From: Nageia nagi
Taxonomy: Eukaryota > Plantae > Pinophyta
Assembly: GCA_050084985.1 (NCBI GenBank)
Contig: JBITNC010000002.1
Coordinates: forward strand, 19,840,001 to 19,904,000
Length of the DNA stretch: 64,000 nt
Reading direction: 5' to 3'
Under the pieces are notes generated by a model. It did no database searches and was not told the DNA's origin. It saw only the letters and a program-made list of their open reading frames with translations. Positions 1 to 12,950 of this stretch are shown one piece after another (the first letter of the stretch is position 1; every line of letters starts with the position of its first letter). The translations under genes were made by a program, and so were the position numbers.

Positions 1-2161
1 TCACTCTTGGTTGTTTTGTCTAATTTTTGCAATAAATCCTTATAGCCAATATACTTCACTCCTTTTTATTTGAAATAATTAAGGACTTTAGTGTCTTTTC
101 TATCTCAAAAAAATGTTTTCACCATACTACTCATAAATAATGCATATCTTCTTAGTTCTACAAATACACTCTTCTTACTTGGCATACACCTCTACCATCA
201 TACTCCTTTTAGTAGCATTCATACCACATGCCCTCAATAATAATAACAAATATTGAATATTTCATTCCAACTTTTACATGGCTATATTCAACCAATTCTT
301 GTCATTTGTTCTCCATTATAACTATCCTCAACCATCTTGTTTAGTTATTTTCCTAAATTAGTCACCACTCATTAGCTTTATTTTCTACTTTACACATTAT
401 TCCATATATTATTTTATCTAAAACCCACTCTTGATTAATAAATTTTCTCATGGTGGTCATTTAGTTACAACCTCTTTACCTTTGGTTATAAAAATGATGA
501 ACACATGAAAGTCCCACATATTTAAGCTACTATACTTTTGATATATGTGTCCAAATTCAATAAAAACTCCACCATTAGATATCTTATATCTAGGAGATGT
601 GAAATGAATGGTCATAGAAATCCTTTTGTCTTTAGAAATGAATGTTTGGCAATCATTTTCATAGCTACTATAGAATATGGTAGTCAAAAATGCCTAGAAC
701 TTCCTATGCATAAACTCCCAATATTTATTGTGCATAAATGCCCAACACTTACTATGCACATGTTTGACCCTTGAAAAACTTTTTTGATTCCTAATAAACT
801 TTGTTGATGCCTAACAAAGTGTGTATTAATATCCAAAACTTGTTGAATAAATGCCTAGACTTTAACAACTATATTTTTTACCGTAGAAAAGTATTATTTT
901 GACTTGATTAACTATTATGATGACCAACTAACTATTATGATGCCCAATTAACTATTATGATGCCCAAATAACTATTTTATACATGTTTGATCAACTAGCT
1001 CCATTTAGTGGGCAAGTTTTCAACAAAGATACCTGTAGTCCCAAAATAATGCAATTAATTATTTATGGGGTTTAATTAATGCACTATTGGTCTACTTGTT
1101 TCTTATTGATGCATATATCTGAAATATGGCAATAAAACATAATATAAATGTACTTGTTTTTAATTAGATCGTGTGTTCATTCCGTAAAAAGAAACATACA
1201 CAAAAGCCAAGCCTACATTCATTTAATTACATGCCATTGGCATCATGCTACTGATAGCTTAAGATAAGCAATATAACAAATGCAATAAAGAATGTAGCGA
1301 TGAGTGAATGAAAGAATCATCAAATAGATAACATAAGATATAATTTGCAAACAATGTTTGCACATAATAGAGTGATGTATCATGTACTAGAATCTCTTTT
1401 GAGTCCTCCTCGTATTCACTTTTCCCATAAGGTTTAAGGTCATCAATTCATGCCTTTATATATGATACAAGTTTACATGAATTTGATATTTTTGACCCCT
1501 TGTACATACCACAAGGGTACACTATTCCTATCATATAGCTTTATCATGACTTAGGGTATTATTTTAACCCCTTTTTACATAATACATCATTAAGGATCTA
1601 AAATGAATTATTTAATAAATAATAATTCATTTTAGGCATCTACAATAGGGATGCATATACTCGTTGAAAATCTTATTTCAAGCACTATCCAAAAAATAAG
1701 AAACTCAATTAATTTGAAGCCTTTACTAAGAGTTATAGCTCTTCAAATATGATTGATCCTTTTTATGATAAATTTTTACCATCACAACTCCACTTTGCAT
1801 TATTATATACTACCTTGCATTATCAAAATTCACCTTTCATCATCATTCTTCATCTTGTATTATCGAACTTCCTTAGTTGGCCTTCACTTTACATTAGCAG
1901 AATTCATATTTTATTTTCCCTTTTAGCTTATTTTCCTTCACCTTCCATTGTCAAACTTCCTTTGCATTGTTGGAATTTACTGGCTATTTCCATACTCCAT
2001 ATTATTGGCCTTTACCCTACATTATCTAACTTCATATTACATTATTGTAATTAATATTTAATATATCATTTTAACTCCTTTATTATGGTGTGTTGACAAT
2101 AATGATATTTTCTCTACTATGGTATGTTTATGATAATGATAAACTTTACTTTTGATCAGCA
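1..2161 (-). repeat. 3' LTR of copia element (partial, interrupted by a solo LTR)
   Basis: Colinear with 8252-9808. Ends ...GATCAGCA, directly followed by the PPT complement ATCTCCCCTTTT. Confidence 0.88.
1034..1644. mobile_element. Solo LTR (TGTAG...CTACA) inserted in the copia 3' LTR
   Basis: 611 bp absent from the sister LTR at ~9308. Termini TGTAG/CTACA with imperfect terminal inverted repeat; degraded 5-bp TSD ATACC/ATAGG. Confidence 0.8.
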
Positions 2162-2420
2162 ATCTCCCCTTTTGTTATTATTGATAATAAATACTTGGCA
2201 ACACACTTGCTATGAGCTACTATATCTAATTTGAACTTGCATTTGATCTTAATTTGATCCATTGTACCTCTTTTCATTCATACCTCTTTCCATTCTCTAT
2301 TACTAGATTTTTCTCCCCCTTTAATAATAATGAAAAAGGGTACAATTGATCTCCATTGTGAACTTTGTGATAACTCCCCCTTAGTTTGTAAACATAAAAT
2401 TTATCAAATTACTTCCCCCT
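2162..2420 (-). promoter_or_regulatory. Multiple polypurine tracts upstream of the 3' LTR
   Basis: C-rich boxes on + at ~2164 (CTCCCCTT), ~2313 (CTCCCCCTT), ~2374 (CTCCCCCTT) and ~2412 (CTTCCCCCT), i.e. AGGGG(G)AG-type on the element strand. Confidence 0.75.
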
Positions 2421-2537
2421 AAATCCATACACCATTCTCAAGTTCATGTTAGAATTTAAAAATATAAAAGAACATACATAGGATCATAAGATAAAAACTA
2501 TGAATTCTCCTCCTAAAAATGTGTAGCCAATAACTGG

Positions 2538-5500
2538 CTAATGCTTGGGAAGTGTGACCACTCCTAATTTTTATCTCAAGTATTCAAAGAATTTCTTGGG
2601 AAATGGTTTGGTGAAAATATCAACTATTTGTTTTGTTTTGGGAACAAACTCCAACTTGACTTCACCTTCTAGTACTTTCTCTTTTTAAAAATGATACTTG
2701 ATGGTTATATGTTTTATTCTTGAATGCATGATAGGGTTCTTGGAGATGTTTATGGAACTAATATTATCACACATGATACAAATGGGCTCACTAACATTGA
2801 TTCCTAAATCCTTAAAAGTGTGTTTAATCAACTTCAACTTCACCTGTAGATAATGAAATTTATTCTTGTTTCTTATTTTACCATGAAACAATATTATCAC
2901 CAAGAAAAAATGCACCTCCACTTGTACTCTTTCTATCATCTACACATCCTACAAAATTTGCATCCAAATAAGCAATGAGAGTGAAACTTCTACCTTTGGG
3001 ATACAACAATCCATAATCCATGGTGCCTCTAAAATATCTAAAAATATATTTTACTATAGTAACATGTGTTTCCTTGTGGGCTACTTGAAATATTGAAACC
3101 ATGCATATTACTTGTAATATATTTGGCCTAGATGCAGATGATATAGTAAACCACCAATCATTTATCTATAAATATTTTGATCAACAAGAGGTGAATTATC
3201 CTCTTTACTCAATTTGTAGCTACTCATCATGGGAGTGTTCATAGGTTTACTATCCTCCATGTTAAACTTTTTCAACATCTCTTTCATATACTTAGTTTGA
3301 GATATGAATATTCCTTTGTCTAATTGATTCACTTACAAGCTAACAAATTATGAAAATTCACCCACCATAGACATGTCAAATTTATTTTTCATTTGATCAA
3401 AAAATCCTTGCATATTTCATTTTGGATCCATCAAATATGATATCATCTACATAGACAATAATGATAATTTGATAATCATTTTTAATTATAAGATACAAAT
3501 TACTATCCACCATACCTTTCTTAAACTATTTTTATATAATATAATTGTCTAGACTTGCATACCATGCCATTGGTGCTTTTTTCAAAATATATAAAGATTT
3601 CTTGAGTGTATAATCCATATTTGGATCTTCTCCTAACTGAAAGACATCTGGTTACTTAGTATATACTTCCTCCTCTAACTTTTCATTGAGAAATATTGAC
3701 TTAATATCTATTTGATATAATTTAAAGTTCTTACAAATAGCTAGAGCAAGAAAGATTCTAGTAGCTTTTAATCTAGCTACAAATACAAAGGTACATATCC
3801 TTTGCATGCTAAAATTGCCTTGTTCCTCATGAACTTGCCATCTTCATTTAGTTTGTTTCTAAAGATCCACTTAGTGGCTATGATATTCTTACTGGTTGGC
3901 CTTAGAATTAACTCCTAAGTTTTATTCTTTTTAATTTAGCTAAGCTCCTCTTCTATAGCCTTGACCCAATGCTCATCCTTGCTAGCTTCTATTACATCAT
4001 GTAGGAGTTTTTGGAGTGGTTGGTTGGTGTTATTTTTCTTCCTTTGGCTCTTCATTATTACCTTTAATGAGGTCATCATAAGTGGGGTACTATTTTTTAT
4101 TTCCAACAAATTATTTAGGCCCTTATCTACCTTGACATCAACACTTTAAACAATTTTCCTTAGCCTTTGATTGTAACATTGATAAGCTTTGCTTTCAAAA
4201 GAGTAGCCAAGAAATATACTTCCATCTATTTTATCTTAAAATTTTCCAAGATTATCTTATATTCTCTTGATGTAATACTTGTTACCAAATATCGTGAAGT
4301 GTCTTACTATGGATTTTCTACCAAACCATAACTCATATGGTGTCTTATTTTCATATGATCTTATCAAACAACTATTATGAATATAGATAGCAATATGAAT
4401 GGATTCTTTCCCAAAATGATCATCCACTTTACTCTTAGTAAGTATAGTTCTAGCCATCTCTTAAAAAAATCTATTCTTTGTCTCCATAACATTAATTTAT
4501 TTAGGTGTTCTGGCTGATAAAACTTTCCTTCTAATAATATAATTCTTATAGTATTAAGCAAACTCCTTTGAAATAAAATCTCCTCCTCTATCTAACCTTA
4601 AGCATTTGATCATTCTACCAATTTGATTTTTATATAAGGTTTTGAAATACTTGAACATGTAAATAGCCTTTAATTTGTGCTCTTGAGGGATTCACTTAAT
4701 AGAAAATCTTCAAAATATGTGCAAAAATGAGCTTCTTAAAAAAAACTCCTATTTTTAAAATTTATCATCTCCCCTTTTTATTAAACCCTTCCTGATAAAC
4801 CCTTGTATAATAAATAATAACCCTTTTTTAAAACTCACCTTTTTGAAAAAAAATTAAATAAATATTTAATACCTCCACCCTTAACTATGTACCCCCTACC
4901 CACCCTAACGACACCACCTCCCTTTTATACTAGTATAATATTTTGCATGAATTTTAAATACCCATACCCCCCTCTCCTTATAAAATACTTATTAATGTAC
5001 TGATGGATCAACTAGATATTAAAAAAAAATTGTATTTTCACACATGGTATTTACCATTTCCTATTAGTGACTCCCCTAGGCATGTGGTTAAGAAATTGTA
5101 CCCATGTAATTCTATTATAGTCATCAACACATAAAATATATATATATATGGTCATGTATACTTTAAGTTCTTGTTGGCCCACATAAATCAGTATGCATAA
5201 GTTCTAATGGTTTGCTAGTATAATACTTCTTAGCTTTGAAAGAGGTTTTTATTTGATTACCTTTTTGGAATGAAGAATATATATGAATTGATGGCTTGGA
5301 TATGCTAGGAATGTCATGAATTTCCTTTTTTAAATTTATCTTTGCTAAGTTATCAAAAATAATGTGCCATAGCTAACTTGCATCTTCTTTCCCAAGAAAA
5401 TAAGATCCTTCTATTATTTCAGTCAACGTATATATATTTTTAGTTGTTCTAATTCCAATAGGTATTAGTTTGCCACTATTTTCCCTTCTAATCTCACAAC

Positions 5501-7778
5501 CATATTTTTTTAAGGTAACATCATGAGCTCTATCACAAATTTGACTAATACTTAGTAAGTTGTATTTTAATCCAACTACAAAGAGAACTTCTTCTAATTT
5601 TACCATTTCTAAGCTTCATTGTACCTTTCCTAGGAATTTTAGCTCCACCATTATTACTAAATTTATTGATGCACCTTCGTACCATTTCAAGTTCTCAAAA
5701 TGTTTCTTATCACATGTCATATATTTTGAGTAACCACTATTAATTATATAAGGCTTGATATTATTTTTAGCTTTTAGATTTATTTGCATAATCAAGGACT
5801 TCTTGATATTATCATTATTTTCTTTCCAAATATGCTTAAGATTGGGTTTAGCTTTAGTAATATTTTCATTCATAGCATGATATTCTATTACTTTCTCAAT
5901 GGTTTTACTATTTTGTATGCTAGGAGATATACCACAACTTTTCTCTTGTATATGGACAAACTTGCAATGTAACTTTTGTAAAACTTAACTATGTGGCCAA
6001 AATTATGACACTTATAATATTTCACATTATTTCTATCAAGGGAGTAAAAGTATTTTAATGTACAAAATTGGTTGGATTGATACTTAATCTATAATTAGCA
6101 ACTTTATGTTCATAATGATTACACTTACAACAATAGCAAAAAATGTATTGTTATACCCAAAATAAGAGTTATAAAACTTATTTTATGAATAATGATAGTT
6201 GATTGGTCTTATTGGTAGTCTCCTCCTTTGATTCTCAACCTTGTTGAATGCATCACTATCTACATTATGTTTGTTCCATGGTTATCTAGTGTTCACCTTT
6301 TGTTCCTATTTGTTATCCTCATGAGTGTGGTTTTGCTCAACTTTGAACTAATTCTTTCCTACTACATTCGAGGACTCATCTAGTTCAAATCCCAACCTAA
6401 ATTTAATTTTAAGATTTCTTTTAACCTTTAACATCTCATCTAACTGCTCTAATCTCTTTATATAAATTTGTAGCTAACACTAGCATGTTTAGATAAGTTC
6501 TCAATATCCTTATTTAAAGCCATGATTTCTTCCTCCAAGTTGTGTCAAGCATCGATTCTTTCTATCAATTATAGTTTTAGATATTCTTATGTTATCTTGT
6601 CTTTTTCTATCTAAACACTTATCTCCTCAAGTTTGTTACTAGACTCTTCCAGTTTTCTAGTTAATTTTTATTTTTTCTTTCTTTAAATATCAAGATCTTC
6701 TAATGTAGATATTAATTCCCCTTCAAGATCAATTATTGCTTCTTCCTCATCATCATCAAAATCTTCTTCCTTATTCCTAGTTTCAAATGCCATGAATAGG
6801 AACTCATCATTATCATCTTCAAGTTCATTATTTGTATTAGCATCAAATTCACTTTCATTTTCTTGTGAGATGAAACTCTTATTTTTATAGATAGATTTCC
6901 TAAAATTCTTATCTTCATTCTTGTAATTTTCATTTCTTGATTTGATAGCATGATTGTCATGGTTATCTCTTTTTTTATAAGGGTACTTTCTTGCAAAATG
7001 ACCTACTCCACCATAGTTAAATCATTTTAAGGGTAACTTACCTTTGTATTTTCCATGTCCTTTTTTGAGCTATTATACAAAATTGGACTCTTCAAAATCA
7101 TATGACTCTTATTCTCTAGATTCTTATTTAGAATTGTTCTTCTTAGCTATATTGAAGATAGGTTCTTTACCATGAGCCTTTGCTTTTCCTATTCTCATTT
7201 CATAGGTAGTCATTGATCTATGCATATTATCCATTGAGAATGAGTTTATATCATTTTCTTCTACAATGGCTAAAACATTTTCATGAAATTTGGATGGAAA
7301 AGATCTTAACACTTTTCTTAATAATAAAAGCATACTTAATTTTCTCTCCAAACCCTCTGATAGAATTGAAAACTTCAATGACTCTCAACATATAGGCAAT
7401 AATATCTTCTTTATTATTCATATTCAAGCTTTCAAAATGATATCTTAAAGTTTGCATTTTGGCCTCCTTGATATTTTTATCACTCTCATGTATGCCTTGC
7501 AATTTATCCCAAATATCCTTAGTTTTTTAGCATCCTATAACAATATCAACTAAACCACACATGATAGCATTCTTGGCCTTGGAGTCACTCTCAAAAAGTA
7601 TCTTACCAAAAACATTTCTTAGAGTTGTGTAAGGTATTGTGTATCCATTTGTTACTACTTCCCAAATGTTAAAACTCAAGGCACAAAGATATGTTTGTAT
7701 TTTGAGCCTCCAAAAGGCATAGTTAGTTCCATTGAATAGAGGTGCTTTATTTGATGAGAAACCTTCTTTGCTAGCCAT
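2538..7778 (-). pseudogene. Copia gag-pol polyprotein, many stops and frameshifts
   Basis: Gag (PLFNGTNYAFW), protease region (INSGYSKYMT; VVGLKYNLLSISQICD), integrase (KCLRLDRGGDF; NKTPYELWFGRK), RT/RNase H (YLDANFVGCVDDRKSTSGGAFFLG; CDNISSINISKNPIMHSRIKHI). Confidence 0.92.
4680..5082. mobile_element. ~400 bp TIR-bounded non-autonomous element (MITE-like) inserted in the copia integrase
   Basis: TIR GAGGGATTCACTTAATAGAAAAT vs revcomp AGGGGAGTCACTAATAGGAAAT. TGTG duplicated on both flanks; removing the insert restores integrase FLNHKLKA. Confidence 0.8.
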
Positions 7779-7827
7779 TGTGTCACTTCTTAGATCTTAT
7801 TATTTGATTAGATTTGATAAGAACCTA

Positions 7828-7839
7828 GCTTTAATACCA
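7828..7839 (-). promoter_or_regulatory. Primer binding site (tRNA-iMet)
   Basis: TGGTATTAAAGC vs canonical TGGTATCAGAGC, between the 5' LTR and the gag ATG at 7778. Confidence 0.85.
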
Positions 7840-7841
7840 AT

Positions 7842-9808
7842 TATTATACTAAAAGTGACACTAAGAGGGGGGTGAATTAGTGTGTTTTAAAACTTCTTTA
7901 ATATTAGCCAAGAAATGAAAATTAACAGCTAGTTATTTAAAGATAAAAAGCACTCACACAAGCAATTAACACATACAATAAGATTTATAGTGGAAGACCA
8001 ATATGGGAAAAACCACTTTCCCAAATGGATTTCTTGTGCTCCTACTCAAATCTAGTCTGAAATGGTTTGTTCTTACAAGATTAGAAGCACCAACTTCTAA
8101 GAGCACTAACTCCTAAGTTTTACAACACCCATTACAAGGAGCACCAACCCCTCTTGTCAAGTACCAAATTGACAAAATAATAATTTAGCAATTTTGATGA
8201 AAGATTGTCAAACCTATCTCAAATATCCTTAATGATAAAGCTCATAAAACTTTACTCTTGGTTGGCTCTATCTAATTTTTGCAATTAATCCTCATAATCA
8301 ATCTATTGGCCTCCTTATCATTTGAAACAATTCAACACTTTCAGTCTCTTTTCTATCTTAGCAAAATATTATCGACCATATTGCTCATCAATAATGTATA
8401 TCATCTTAGTTCCATAAATACAATCTTCTCAATAATGTATATCATCTTAGTTCCATAAATACAATCTTCTTACTTGGCATACACCTCTACCATCATACTC
8501 CTTATAGCAACACTCACACTACATGGCTTCACCAATAACAACAAGTACTAACAATCTCATTCCAATGTTTACTTGGCTATGATCAACCAATTATTATCAA
8601 TTATTATCCATTATAACTATTATAAACCATTTTTTCAATTATTTTCCTGAATTAGTCACCACCCATTAGCTATATTTCCTAGGTTACACATTATTTCATC
8701 TATTATTTCATCCATAAACTACTTGTGATCAATAAATTTGCTCATGGTGGTCATTTAGTTATAACCTATTTACCTTTGGTTACAAAAATGATAAAATCCT
8801 GAAAGTACCATATATTTAAGCTTTTATAACTTTTGATATAGATGTCCAAATGTAATAAAAACTCCATCATTGGATAGTTTATATCTAGGAGATGCAAAAG
8901 AAGTAGTCATACAATCCCTTTTGGTTCAAAAATGAACATTTGAAAATTATTTTTGTAACTACTATAGAATATGGCAATCACAAATGCCCAAAACTTCCAA
9001 TACATAAATACCCAACATTTATTGTTCATAAATGCCCAACACTTATTGTGTGCATTTTTTACCCTCGATAAACTTTGTTGATGCCTAACAAACTTCATTG
9101 ATGCCTAACAAAGTGTGTATAAACATCCAATCCAAAATTTAATAGCTACATTTTTTACCTCTAAAAAGCATTATTTTGACCCCTAACTAACTATTTTGAT
9201 TCCTAACTAACAATTATGATGCCTAAATAACTATTTTCTTGACCAACTAAGTGTCTTTGATATGTTTGATCAACTAGCTCCATTTAGTGGATAATTTTTC
9301 AACAAAGGTAAACACGCATATTCTCATTGGAAAGCTTATTTTGAGCACTATCTTATAATAATAAAGCAAAATAATTTGAATCATGTATTAAGATTTATAG
9401 CTCTACAAATATGATCGATCCTTTTATGATAAATTCTAACCATCACAACTCCACTTTGCATTGTCATACATTACCTTGCATTATCGAACTTCACCTTTCA
9501 TTGTTAGAATTCATTGGTTATTATCAAACTCCACCTTTCATTATCAGCCTTCACTTTGCATTTAAAAACTTCCTTATTCATCCTTCACTTTGCATTATCA
9601 AAATTCATATTTGATTTTCCCTTTTAACTTCTTTTTCTTCACCTTACAGTATCACACTTTGCTAGCTATTATTGGCCTTCACCTTGCATTATCAAAATTC
9701 ATATATAGTCTATCATTTTAACTCCTTTGTTATGGTGTGTTGATAAAAATTATATTTTCTCTTCCATGGTGTATTAATAATAATAACTAACTCTAACTTT
9801 ACAAAACA
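7842..9808 (-). repeat. 5' LTR of copia element (~1.97 kb)
   Basis: Homologous to 1-2161. C-rich ATTCACCCCCCTCT signal near the PBS end; internal ~41 bp tandem duplication at ~8389-8469. Confidence 0.87.
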
Positions 9809-9809
9809 C

Positions 9810-10450
9810 TTGGATCTTCAAAAGCCCCCTTGTAGATAAATGGAGGTTGTTCTAAATAATATTTCCCAATAATAGTGATGATAGACCAATCCGAACTAGA
9901 AATAAGAAAGGGACATATAGTATCAAATAATAAATTCATTAGCTAACTACTAACTCAGTAGAAACAAAGAAGGATCTTTGGAAGAAAGTTTGAATTAAAG
10001 GTTTAATACCAAAGATTTCCCTTTTTATGTGGCTCATAGCCCATAATAAATTAGCAACTATTGAATACCTTCATTAAAAATGAATGTAATTCCCTCATAG
10101 ATGTTACTTATGCCTAAGTGGGTAAGAATTAATGAATCATATCTTCATTCATTTCCCATTTTCTTAGATAATCTAATATAGAATGAGAAGGAAAATTGAA
10201 TTCAATGGGCCTATTCCAAAATCATTCAAGGATCTAATCATAAAATGGAGCCCAAGAAAAACAAAGGAAGAAAATAAACATAAGAGGAAACTTCTTCTTC
10301 CCCACACTCTCTCGCAAATTGAGAGAGAAATAAATGAGAGGGATTTCAACAATAAATAGAATGAAGAAAAAAAATATAAGTTAAGCAATTCTCCTAAGAA
10401 CCTCAAAAAACTTCAAATTCTACCTCCAAAAAGAAGAGAAAGACTAAAAT
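9810..10450 (+). mobile_element. L1-type LINE ORF2 3' remnant (zf-RVT zinc-finger region)
   Basis: Translates to PKISLFMWLIAHNKLAT...PHRCYLCLSG*ELMNHIFIHFPFS and IEREINERDF, matching plant L1 zf-RVT and IWKERNxRIF motifs. Confidence 0.72.
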
Positions 10451-10999
10451 TTGTAAACAAGCAACATAAGGGGCTTCTTTAACTTTTTGAAGAAGGATTT
10501 CAAGCTTAGGCTTTCTACTCCAATAGGGTGGAGGATGGGCTATAGCATAACAAGGATAAAAGTCAGTCTAAGAGTAAAACTTTTTAAGGTTATCTACCCC
10601 AAGCCCCAAAATTATTTTATTCATCTATATAAGGGGTAGTGTTGGATATGACCTTTCCAAAAAATGAGCATCAATAGTTTTATTTTTAAATTTTGAAGTC
10701 TATCAATTATCATGTTCCAATTAGGTCCCTATTAAATAATATTAAGCCCATTAATTAAGCTTGATTCTTCACATGATGGAGTAGGGGAAAGATTGAGCCA
10801 ATAATATTTTCTAATATTATGCCCTCCAAATCATTTCTCTATTTATTTTTAGCTCAAATTGATTAAAATTCTTGATTCCATCTCCTTACAAACTCCTTAC
10901 AATTAGGTTTCCTCTAGCTTCATTAGTAGAGATAGGACTCTTATCCATCCTCAGAGGAGATTGTAGTACTTTAATCAATATGGGAGGTGATTTAGTGAG

Positions 11000-12950
11000 A
11001 ATTAAGTTGATCTTCATAGATGATATAAAATAAAATGAGGTATAGAGAATTATATATGAGAATATTGATTAGAAGGTTTATTGACAACATGTAAAGGGTA
11101 TGGTGACCAATTTTCTATCCAAATAGCTAAATCCGAGAAGGATGGGGCCTAAAAAGTTAACCCAAGCCATGTAACTATTGAATTAAGGATTAGAGGTAAA
11201 AAGAGAAGGAAATATTAATAAATTAGCAAGCTAGGGATAAGTTCATTTAGGTAATCATGATTGATAAAGACCTATACAAGTACCAAACTAGAGTTGAGAG
11301 AACAAGTCTTCGAATCCCATGGGATGAGGTTTCCAATACCCTTATTAGGTATGTTACCATGGAAGAAAGATATAAATTTATCCTTATTTACCATTTTTCT
11401 TTGCTCAACCACTTCATGTTCCCATTTTCAAACAAGGTTAATTTTCCTTTGTTCATCTTGAATTTCCTTTTTATTTAGGTAGACATATTTAAAATAATTA
11501 AGGCCCAAGTTTCCCTCCATGGAGTTGTTATCAAGATAGTTTATGACCAAGCTCTAGAAAACCAAATAAAAAAGTTCCTTAGGATTAGAGTTATCATATT
11601 AGGTATGATATTTGATTCAAAGGAGTTTAAAAATATCAATACAAACCCACCTACAATGGATTCCCTCTTAGTACCATCCTTAACCAAGGTATCCTCTTAT
11701 AAACCTCACCTTAGCTCATCTTCCAACCCTGTTAATAGGGGATTAGCATTGAATCTAACATATCAGGTGTTGAAGGAGTTTTAGAACTAAAAATGTAGAT
11801 AGGTGAGGATAAAAAATTATGCCCCCTTGGCAATAAAAAGAATAAAAAATTAAAGCTGTTGAAGTTGATACTGATATTGAAGTAGTAGATACTCCCCTAT
11901 CTATTAGCAATAAGGGAAATAAAAGAAATAAATTGAGTTTTGCTAAAGAAAATCAAAAGGGGTAGTAGCCTCTAGTAGAGTTATTACATGCTAAAGGATA
12001 GAAGGGGAAATCAAAGGCAAAAATGATATTAAAAACTAAGCAAAGAAAATAAAATTAGGAGGATCCCCCAAGAAATAAAATCCCTTGCTCAGTTTCAATA
12101 TCCTCTAGAACTAGAGGGAGAATAGCACAACAACATCTTGATTTAGGTAATATTGCTTGCAAAGAACTTACCATAGCATGAGGAATGATGAGGTAATTGA
12201 GATTAAGGAAGATAAGAATCATTCATCCCAAGAGAAAGAGAATCAAGATTCATAAAAGGAAAGAAAAAGAAAGCTCAAAGAGATTGGAAAATTAGTAGAT
12301 TGTAGGAAGTTCAATAGTGAATCAAGAACCCACCAAGAGCTAGGACTAGATGGAGAATAGCACAACAATATCCATATTTAGATAATATTGCTCATAAAGC
12401 ACTTATGAAAGATGATGCAAACTATAGCATGAGGAATAATGAGGTAATTGAGATTAAGGAAGATAATAATCATTCATCCCATAAGAAGGAGAATCAAGAT
12501 TCATAAAAGTAAAGAAAATAAAATCTCAAGGAGATTGGAACATTAGTAGATTATAGCAAGTTAAATAACGAATAAAAAACCCACCAAGAGTTAGGAGGGG
12601 ACCCAATTATCAATGCTACAAATTAGGTATAATTTAAAGAGAACCTAATTCTAGATAGAAGTAAAGTAGCTAAGTCCCAAGCAAGGGTACTTGACTCCCT
12701 TTCACCCCAAGATAGCCACCAAATGAAAGTTTACAAGAGAAGAAAATATCATAAGGACCAAGATAAGCATCAATGCAATCCTTTTATAGAGGAGGTTGAA
12801 CCTATAGTTGGAGAAGATATGACCAAGTAAATGTGGAAAAGCTAGAGGTAGTACCATATCCAAGAGAGCTGAGAAAAGGGAAAAAGAAAAATATGATTCC
12901 AATTAGAAAACTATTGATTTATCAGCTACACAACACCATGTTAGTGGAAG
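11000..12950 (+). pseudogene. Decayed TE-associated ORF of unknown function (plant mobile-element accessory type)
   Basis: Coherent protein-like block PWDEVSNTLIRYVTMEERYKFILIYHFSLLNHFMF...LHGVVIKIVYDQAL, followed by a purine-rich, charged low-complexity tail. Confidence 0.45.
12111..12596 (+). repeat. Tandem duplication, 2 x ~240 bp
   Basis: CTAGAnGGAGAATAGCACAACAA...CCCACCAAGAGnTAGGA at 12111-12345 and 12346-12596. Confidence 0.9.

Larger units (their letters stand above)
1..9808 (-). mobile_element. Ty1/copia LTR retrotransposon, decayed, 3' LTR truncated by window edge; Sirevirus/Maximus-like cis features
   Basis: Direct repeats 1-2161 and 7842-9808 (position 1 aligns to ~8252). tRNA-iMet PBS, gag start MASKEGFSSNKAPLFNGTNYAFWRLKIQTYL, order gag-PR-INT-RT-RH, PPT AAGGGGAGAT next to the TG of the 3' LTR. 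Confidence 0.93.

Noticed and set aside
457-2054. Short ORFs in the LTRs (457-687, 538-774, 1749-2054, 8907-9098, 9411-9614)
   Set aside because: They lie in LTR sequence and their frames are not maintained between the two LTR copies.
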